64,000 nt of DNA. It comes from Vicugna vicugna. Lineage: Eukaryota. The stretch spans positions 496,001 to 560,000 of the forward strand of contig MU061560.1 in NCBI GenBank assembly GCA_013265495.1. The letters run 5' to 3'. Within the stretch, counting starts at the first letter, position 1. Every line of letters begins with the position of its first letter. Shown here piece by piece: positions 54,370 to 64,000 of this stretch. The notes under the pieces were generated by a model. That model saw only the letters and a program-made list of their open reading frames with translations, did not search any database and had not been told where the DNA came from. The position numbers and the translations under genes are program-made.

Positions 54370-54689
54370 GTAAGTGGTTTGCAGAAGATATGAGAATCTT
54401 CGAGTTAGAGAATTGCCAATAATAGAGTCTTACATTATCTACAGGTTTGGAGCAAAATGAATGTGAACAAAAGAGATTGTTTATAAAATGACCAGTGTTA
54501 TCTGGACTAATCCTCTCCCCCTTCTCCCAGGTTTCAATGTGCTCATAATTGACATACTTTCTACCAACATTTATGCTTAGCTCCAATCCCTTCTGAGTTA
54601 TCTATATTTTAGCTAAGGTCACTGATGACAGCTGGGAAGGTGAAACCTCCTTATATCTGACCTTGCTGTGTTTTGTTTTAATTTCCTAG

Positions 54690-54851
<162 letters not shown>

Positions 54852-55699
54852 TGATCAAGTCACATGAGAATAACTCATACACATTGTTACATCCATCTTT
54901 GAAAAACAGGATGCTTCCTTGCCCACCAAAGCAATTATATCCAAACTAGTTTAGTTAATACTGTAACTGAAACTTGTTCTTTCAAGGACACATCTTCTTT
55001 TGAAGTATTTTTTCTATAATTTTTCTATGTGCTTACCATGTCTGACTTACTTCAGTGTCACATGGTGAAGACAATCTAACCTTTCCATGATGACATAGCC
55101 ACCAATGTGTATATGGGGACAACTACTTTTAATGTTTCTAGTTTGAAGACATATATTGGCAAGGTTACAAATCCTGTGCCTCAGACATCCACGTGAAAAG
55201 TACATGAGTTTGCTGCGTAATTCCTGCTCACTACAGTCCGTCCCTGTCCCTTCCTTCCCACTTCCTGGAAATGATAGTCTGGGGCTTATGGGAAATGTAA
55301 GCATTCTTGCTGGGGCATCCAGGCTATTATACTTTCAGTCTCTGTTAATTACAACTCCTTTCTGTATATAATATGATAAGATAATAATCATAATAATAGC
55401 TAACACTGAGTAACAATAAATTAACATTGAGTGATAGCTCAGTAAACATTAGCTGGAACTATGGTTGTAATTATAAGCAAAGAAACAGACACATTGATAA
55501 GGAGGCTGCCCACTGCCTGGCACATGACACATTCTCAGAATGATGTTCACGTCTGATTTTTCTGCTGTAAGGCAGTCATCTCACCAGCCTTAGTATGAGT
55601 TTCTGGGGGTTTAGAGGTTTCTGTTACAGCCTCCCTTGAAAGGAAAATTTATAGGAACTAATTATCATGCAGAAGGTGTTCAGTATCTCATTTTTAAAA

Positions 55700-56235
55700 A
55701 AGAACATTTGGTCACCATATGGTCCAGCAGATCTACTTCAAGCTTGTAGGACTCAAGAAAATTGAAACATGTCTACACAAAATTTGTACATGAATGTTCA
55801 TCACAAAATTAATCATTATAGCCAAAAAGTGGAAACAACCTAAATGTTCATCAGTCGATGAATGGATAAACAAAATGTGGTGTGACCATGCAGTGGAATA
55901 TTATTTGGCAGTAAAAAAAGAATAAAATATTGACACATGGATGAACTTTGAAAACATTGTATAAAGTGAAAGAAGCCATTCACAAAAGGCCACATTGTAT
56001 AATATGATTCCATTTATATGAAATGTCCAGAAATGCATAAAGGCAGGAAGTAAGTAATGGTTGCCTAGGGCTAGTGGGCAGAAAGAAATGGATACAAGGT
56101 TTCCATTTAGAGTCATGACATGTTCTGGAATTAGATGGTAGTGATGGTTGCACAATTTCCAACAATATACAAACCAAGACTTACACATTTTAAAAGGGTA
56201 AATTTTATGGTATATGGATTATATCTCATTAGCTT
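55700..56235 (+). mobile_element. L1 3' end (L1MB-like)
   Basis: gccaaaaagtggaaacaacctaaatgttcatcagtcgatgaatggataaacaaaatgtgg...aaattttatggtatatggattatatctca. Confidence 0.85.
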
Positions 56236-56396
56236 TAAGAATGTATAGATATTATCCAAATTAGCCATAAAAGTCTTCATTTGAGCTCAGCAGAAAACTC
56301 CAACTTGGAGAGGTTCTACAGAAAGCTAAATGTAAATCAAGGACATGTGCTGTCATGTCAGGGTTCAGATGTCTGTCTGTTTTGGAACGTACGTTT

Positions 56397-56923
56397 TGTT
56401 ATTCAGGTATGGTGAGGCCAAGAGATCGGAAGATGATTGCCATTGAAAAGACAGTTACACTCACAGCTCCCCAAAGAAGGGGGCGTGCCACACCGTGGAG
56501 GGGCTGCATGAGAAAGCACCAGGGTTGGTCAGGAGACAGAGGGAGCAAGCAGAAAATGTGGATGAGAGCCTTTATTGTCGTTTCTTGCAGAAAAAAATGG
56601 GCAAGGCAGGATAAACGCGCTTAGAATTTGCTAGTTGTAAATGATTTCATTAAGCTCCAGGGCACAAGGGCCGTTGCCTGCTGCCTAGCCTTAGGGTGCT
56701 TAGGGCAGGGGCGTGCTGGCCCAGAGTGTGAGAGCTCAGTAGACGAGGGGTTAGGTTGTAGGCTCTGGATCTGTTGGTTTCCGTACGAAAGTCAGGCTTG
56801 CAGGTGAGTCATTTACTATCTCTCAGAATTGAGTAGCCCTGAGAGGTGCAGTCCTCCAGGAGGGGCAAAGCCCCACGATGTCAAAGCATCAAAAATCCAA
56901 ATTAAAAAGATGTGCTTAATGCA
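56397..56923 (-). mobile_element. Solo LTR (ERVL, MER74-like)
   Basis: TG...CA ends. ggtatggtgaggccaagagatcggaagatgattgccattgaaaagacag resembles my recall of MER74. tttatt (minus-strand AATAAA) near 56571. Confidence 0.65.
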
Positions 56924-57579
56924 CTATTCTGGGCAAGATGCCTGAGAGCCAGTGCCTCCGCTTTGTCTTTGCCCCGCCTTGAGTGGCTTAGGGAGTGTCC
57001 TTTCCTCTCTCCCACATTAGTGTTACAGTTTCTAGAGTTAAACTTTTAGCTCTGTGTCTAACTGATTGTCTTGGTTTAATGTTCACATTTGAGGATTGTT
57101 CTGGAAATAGTTTTAGATTGAATACCTTAATGCAGAGCTAAATTAAGCAGCTCTTTGGAAGACAGATGGCGAAGAGCCTTGGGGGAATACAGCAGTGGTG
57201 ACTTTGAGGAAAGGGACCCATCTTGTTCCAGTTATTACAAGCTATCAAACATATCAGCATTGCCTCCTAGGAGAAGGGAGTCATCCAGCAGGAATTTCAG
57301 GAAAGCCATATTCACCTTTTGAAGACCATCTTAGAAGCATTTCCTGTAGTGTTCATTCTTTTCATCCTAACTTGTCACGGAGTCTCTCCTCTCCCCAGCA
57401 CATTCCCGTGGAGCATCTTGTTTCTCTTCTCTGTAGAAACTCAAAAGTACCATTTTAATTTTGCTTCCTCTGTGGAGGTAAAATGAGGGCTAGTTTTCTA
57501 TCTCCTGTTCTGGGGATATTACATTCATAAATCTAAGAAGCCAAACTATATTTAGAATCTGATTTCAGCTTTCAAATGA

Positions 57580-57736
57580 ATTTTTTTTATTTTATTTATT
57601 ACTGTATTATTTAATTATTTTATTTTTAGGGGGGAGGTAATTAGACTTGTTTATTTCTAGAGGAGGTCCTGGGGATTGAACCCAGGACCTCATGCGTGTT
57701 AAGCATGCACTCTACCACTTGGGCTATATCCTCCCC
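57580..57736 (-). mobile_element. tRNA-derived SINE
   Basis: Reverse complement ggggaggatatagcccaagtggtagagtgcatgcttaacacgcatgaggtcctgggttcaatcccc. Confidence 0.9.
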
Positions 57737-59723
57737 GCTCAAAATGGTGTTTGCGTGTTTCCATATTTGCTTGCCTCCATGCCATGCTTTTGATATTAAT
57801 GTAGGGAAGTCTTGAATAAGTACATAACCACCTCTGACATCTGAAAGTTAAAACAAATCACCAGGATATCCTGTAGAATAATGAGAGGTTTTATTCCAGG
57901 CCCTTTGGAGTTCTAGTCCTCATTTCCCTGTGGCTTCACAGTTAGGTTTTTCCACCCCTCTTGACTGACTGACTTTGAATACAGATGAGGCACTGGAAGT
58001 TTTCTCCAACAATACATTTTTACGTTCTAAAACAAACTTCAATGAACTGTCACTAGTGAGACATGAAAGTGAATTGTTTCGATCAAATAATGTACTTTAT
58101 TTTAAGAGACTTGAAACAAATAGTTGAGGGGTGCTGGAGCCCCAGAAGGGGGCACCTCCCTACACTTTTAATAAATTTGAGACTTTCCTCTAGGTTTTGG
58201 CACAGCCTAGGGCTTCTAGAGCTTGTCAGCCCAAGACTGCTTTGTCAGTAGCTACTTCTGAGCTCTAGGCGGGGAATGAAAGGAATGTCCTGGAACAGAA
58301 GGGCTCTCCTACACTGAAAGGGAAAGTCCGTCTACGTGCCGCTGCACTTGCTGTAACTTCCTCTTTCAGCACCAGCAAAAACCCGTAGAAAGTGACAGTG
58401 GCTTCTGCCATAGGAGCGTGGTTCACAGAGGGAACTGGACTAGCTGCTTAATTCCTTTATGCATATGGCCTTGACGTCTTTGTAAGCCACGTCACCTTCG
58501 CCTCTGGGAAGAAGGAAAAGGGGATTTATTGGCTAGCAGTAGACTGTAGAGTTATGCAAGGTTATATAGTTATTGACAGTTTAGGGTGTAAAGTCGCTCT
58601 TAGGAAGAAGAGGGGAAATGTAACCTTGAAAGCATGGAAGGGAAAGTGAAATGCCATTATCAGATGGTCGTCTCGTTATGAGCATAACCACCAAAAGCAA
58701 ATGCTAAGAACCTCCATGTTCATGGACTTGCGTTTTTATAAGATGACAAGACTTTGGTGAACTTTATAAAGCAAGCTTGAGTCCATGTATGGATCACTCA
58801 GACATTTTATGCCGTAATGTTCCCTCTGTCACTCAGTTTCCTAAGAAATATGGTGGTGGTTGCTATCTTTGAAAGTGTGAGTGAGCCTTGTCCATTTTGG
58901 TGGCTCCCTGCATCTCCTGTGCTGTTCATAGACTTGACCAAATCCCCTCCTGAGAAGGCTTTGATGGAAGAGAGAAAGAAATGTGAATGTGCAGGCCAGC
59001 TGTGGCCTTAATCAAGTTGGGATGGTGATGAACCTTTCGCTGTATTTTCAGATCTCTACATCCATGTACTTCAGTGAGGCTGACTGCCTTACTTAGAATA
59101 CAGGACAGTTAGTAATGAGGTCATGTTCTCTTCTAGAGATGTAGGTGCAAGATGTGATGCTCAAATATATCTGATACAATGTATTTAGTGCCTTTTATTT
59201 CTGCATTATCCAATATGGAAATGAAATTTATGACACTGGTTATAGAAATTTGCAAGGTAATACGCAAGGAACAACTGGTGGGAAATTTGCCTTCAGAATG
59301 AGTACAGTGGACATTGTCATGTAAACATGTTGAAATGTTTGAAATATCCATCAATATTTCCTATTGATGGTTAGAGCTAATTAGAGGGCCTGACAAAATA
59401 GGACATTTTCCCTCCTTTAATCCTCTCAATAACCTATGACTTTTACAGATAATCCTAAAACATGAGAGGTCATATCATACATAGAGGTTCAAGTTCCCAG
59501 GTGACCTTATCTTACAGAAATATATATAATCCTAGAAATAGAAATAATGTTACAAACATAAATATGAAATAGGAAGGTAAATATGGACCTTCTTTAGGAG
59601 TCTGCCTACAAATTAACCCAAATATTTAGACTTTCATCCTTTTGCATGTTTTAATATATTTACAAACCTTGCTTTGTTCTGATTAGGAGGAGTTGTTCAT
59701 TTTTGACTTAAAAGTGAGGCACT

Positions 59724-59860
59724 GGGAGGGTATAGCTCAAGTGGTAGAGTACGTGCTTAGCATACACAGGGTCCTAGGTTCAATACCCAGTACCTCCTCT
59801 AAAATAAGTAAACCTAATTACCTCCCCCCGCAAAAAAAAAAATTAAGTAAACTTAAAAAA
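59724..59860 (+). mobile_element. tRNA-derived SINE
   Basis: Perfect 14-bp TSD AAAAGTGAGGCACT at 59710-59723 and 59861-59874. Confidence 0.93.
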
Positions 59861-60447
59861 AAAAGTGAGGCACTAATTTGATCCACTTCCAAAATAAAGT
59901 CGTTCATTTTAAATAAAGACTTGTTGCTAAAATAGATGACTTTTCTGTTAATTCGTACATGATAAATTCTTAAACAAGATGTGGGGCAATGTGAAAAAAG
60001 ACTTACTTTTTACATGGGATTTAGTGTGCTAACCTCACACATTCTACTGAAATTCAAGCTAATAATTTGGCTACTTTTTTTAAACTTAACATTAAACACA
60101 TTGGTGAAAATAATTGCTAAATATTACTCTTTTCCTCTAAGAGCTAATTGTAGACTTAATGTCTAAGACACGACAATTAGAAATTTTATTGTCTAAGAGC
60201 TTCAACTTACGTGGTTGAGAATTTTAGTTCCTGGTATGTAGAAGGTCCTTAATAAATTGTTGCTGAATTTAATTTCTATAACTAATTTCCTTAGTAGTAC
60301 AAAGTGATGATTGACTTACTTAAACATCAATAAAATATATATGAACCAACAAAGGGAAGTATATGTTACAAATTTTAAAATATAATTTTAATACAGGCAT
60401 AAAAGCTCTATAGCGCTTAAGTAATTTTGCTCACATGGAAAGTGTGA

Positions 60448-60732
<285 letters not shown>

Positions 60733-61447
60733 TGAGAGGGGCCGTCCTGCCACACAGCTTCCCCAAGCAGCAGAATAATTCTGAGGCTCTTCCCCAAGTC
60801 TGGCTGGACACAAATGGAAGATGTAAGCTCTTGAAAGTCAGGAATCACATCTTTCCCTTTTAATTCCTCCGTAGTGCCTAGGATAGTGGTTTTGCAAACA
60901 GTAAGCAAAGTTAAGTAAGTAAAGTGACTCTTTAGACGGACAAGGTGCAGAGAATGAAGTTGTTGCATTCAAGCCAGTGTTTTGAGTCTTACAGGAAACA
61001 GTTCTCTCGTAACCCTTCTTCTCTCCATCCTTCCTTTCTGGTCCAAAAATGTTTATTGATGCTTATTATTCCATGTTTAATTCTGAAGCTTTAACTATCA
61101 GTCCTCAGAGACTCTGCATTCAGAGGGCTTAATGGCACTTTGATGGAAAGAATGTTTGGAGGAGGCATGTTGAAAAAGATAATGGTTTTCCTGCCATGGG
61201 TAAAGATACATGAAGGGGGCCATTTGGGGCTCTGTAGCCTCTGGCAACCAGGACCTCTTCTTACATATACAAATGCTTTATTGAGCGGGAGAGAAAGAGC
61301 TGGAAGTCTAGCATCCACGCCCCGGCATAACTAGGTTTGGTGGGAGGGGGGGAACCATGAGAACCACTGTAGTAGATCACAGCTACGTCGTGCATGAACC
61401 TCTGGAAGACAGGGTGTCCTCAGATTTTTAAAAATCTGCTGTAGAAG

Positions 61448-61573
61448 GGGAGGGTATAGCTCAAGTGGTAGAGAGCATGCTTAGCATGCACGGGATCCTG
61501 GGTTCAATCCCCGATACCTCCTCTAAAAATAAACAAATAAACCTAATTACCTCCTCCACCAAAATTTTTTTTT
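61448..61573 (+). mobile_element. tRNA-derived SINE
   Basis: 15-bp TSD AATCTGCT(G/T)TAGAAG at 61433-61447 and 61574-61588. Confidence 0.93.
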
Positions 61574-64000
61574 AATCTGCTTTAGAAGAGCATTATTCAC
61601 TTATCCTATGAAAGCCGACCATGGTGAAAACAGACACTGCAAAAGATCGCAGGTTAGAGGTTTGAGTGCCAGTCTCAGCTCTGATGGTTCTGACACCCTA
61701 GAATCCGTTGAGGATCAGAGTTCTTCTGTTCCTTTCTGCTCTTTTGCACCAAAAGCATGTGATTCTGGCTGCTCAGGTGAACCCATCCCTGGATGGTTAT
61801 AACTATGTACCAGCTTAAATTTGACACTTTTGAAAGAGAATAAATTATTTTTAAGCAGGATTCTGTGGCCCAGGGAGTCAGGGAATTGGTGAAATTCCAG
61901 ACTCGAAGATGTAGCAGGCTGGGAGAGTTTGAAGGCATACCTAGCTAGTTCTTTGACTTCCCACAGAAAACATAGACTGAACCTGCCTTACTTAGGGAGC
62001 TGCCAGGGAACTGCTCTGAGGGTTAAAAGGTGGCATTTCAAGCATGAGTTAAAATGGTGGAGGACTTGGCTTTGAATGTCCTGCTTTATAGTGGTGGGGT
62101 TTAGACCCCAGCCGTCACACCCAAGAGAACAATGTATGTGGCTGTGCTTGGCAACTCCTGGCCTGAGTCCTCACTCAGTGGTTGGCTCCCTGAGCGACTG
62201 GCCGTGGCAACAGGGAGGACTCATCAGAGGAGTCTTCATTGCTGATGAATGAAGGTGCTGCTGGCTGTGAACATCTACAACCTGAGAGATGTCTCTGAAC
62301 AGCAGAAGAGACACTATCGAAGTTTCTTGTGTTGCCTAAGTTGGGGACTCCAGCAGGTTGGGCTGTTTGCCCTTCAGGATGGGGCTGATGCATGAAAAGG
62401 TTTCTGAAGTACAGGCAGTCATCATTCTGTAGCGTTCCGGTATGCACTATTGGATGCCTTCCAATTAGTATTGAAAACACATTTTTTTCTTAAATTTCTT
62501 ATTCCTCTAATCTCTGCTTTAGTTGTATTTATGATTATATGGTGAATCAAAGATCTAAATGAAGTGTGATTACCTTTCTTCTAGTCTATCATGAATGACT
62601 CTTTCAAGAATGTAGGCAAACATTGAAATTCTCAGAAAGTCAGATGGATTGCATGCAGCCCCAAATTGGATATATATTTGGTGATATTTAAAGAGAATTC
62701 ACTTCTGAAGCCAACATGGCGGGGATGGGGGGGTGGATGTTCTGCTTTACCTACTAAATAAGTCAGCCTCAAGACGGACCTCTTCACTCAGTTTCCTCTT
62801 CCATATTCAAAAGAAAATAAACTTTGGAATCAAAATTAATTTTTATAGCTTTTGTTCAGTGGTTTTCTGTTACTAAATGGATATAAAAGTATAGTAAGAA
62901 GTAAATTAAACAAAGGAGTAAAAAGAAAATCTGCCCTGACTGGGAAAGTGAAACAAAGGGTATTAAAGATTTGTCAGATTAGTTTGCATCTAAAAGGCTA
63001 AAAGCAGCTAGCAAATAACTCTACTTCCAGGACAGCAGAGTTGATTTGGGGGGCGCAGGGCACAGCATTAGGGAGAAATGTTTTTTGAGGGGCAAAATCG
63101 AAGCCCTCCCCTCGCCCCCAAGGTTCTCGGTTCAAGGATTCCCCGGTGAAAGATCAGCAGAACCTTCCGTCTGACAAGCCCGGAGTCCGGCCGCGTGCTT
63201 GGCACGTCGTGATCTCAGTAATACATTTGGGGAGAGACGGATGTGCTCACAGGAGCAGACCTCCTGCCAGACACACGCATGTGTGATACCGTGGGGCTGC
63301 GGCATGCGGCACGGCACTGGGACCCAAGCTTAGCCCCAGCCTACCGAACACAGACAGAGCTCCTGCTTCACAAGCCCTCAAGGCAGAGATCTTACAGACT
63401 CCACAGTCTACTAAGGGCAATTTTTTCCTAATCTATGACAGCAGCCAGCTGTCTAAGCTACCTGCCAGGGAGATGAAATAAGGAACCTTTGCCTGGACAG
63501 GAGAATGGGGAGCCTGACTATAGTCAACAACGTTTTTTCCCAACAGGAAATTATTAAGTGCTGGGCTTCATTAATCTGTGAAACCTCCTTCCTGCAGGCA
63601 TTTAAATTTTTGTTGTGCTTTATCTACAGTGAGTTAGGTATGCTGTTGCCTGAAGCCTCTTAGCAAAATACAGTTAAATTGTTTATCAAAGGAAACCTTA
63701 AATAGCTCCCTGAGGCCTTATAAAGGTATTTTAGATTCTCAAGGATAATTGCGGTCATTTCTTAGATGGGCTGTGACTAGCAGCCTTTGAAAGCCTCGCG
63801 TTTTTGTAAAGTGGAATTAGAAGATGACTCCTGCGTCTAGTGAAATACTGGGTCTACAGATTCCTGATACAGATGATGGTTGTTAAATGGAAGCCAAACT
63901 TAACTCTCCTCATCAAAAACTATGCGTACCAAAGTAAGTAGATAGTCTAAAACTACATTTATGAATTAATTTATTCAACTGCCTGAGATTCGGTCTAATT

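Noticed and set aside
62712..62735. YY1-like CAACATGGCG plus G-runs, and a modest CpG cluster at 63050-63320
   Set aside because: Isolated short motifs, too small for a CpG island, with no supporting exon.

Overview
Mammalian genomic DNA covering the internal part of FGD4 (frabin, a Cdc42 GEF) on the + strand. The source is most likely a camelid, judged from ten copies of a tRNA-derived SINE resembling camelid Vic-1. Ten GT-AG exons join in one unbroken frame: 14591-14743, 22680-22863, 26964-27462, 43722-43811, 45809-45954, 46378-46534, 51819-51957, 54311-54369, 54690-54836 and 60559-60731. They encode an N-terminal extension, the F-actin-binding region, the whole DH domain and most of PH1 (500 full codons from the canonical ATG at 22772). 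The first exon and the FYVE/PH2 exons lie outside the window. The rest is intron, rich in SINE, L1, L2, MIR, LTR and DNA-transposon remnants. I see no evidence of a new gene system. The best leads are: (1) a 738-nt, phase-0, stop-free DH exon block flanked by nested inverted SINE pairs, a circRNA candidate; (2) an FGD1-like PKPQVPPKP SH3-ligand motif in frame upstream of the canonical start; (3) a uORF plus an 85-aa out-of-frame ORF overlapping the canonical start; (4) an exact 31-bp direct repeat flanking one DH exon; (5) a 3'-truncated antisense L1 promoter/ORF1 fragment. Boundaries of ancient repeats are approximate, and family names come from recall rather than a database search.
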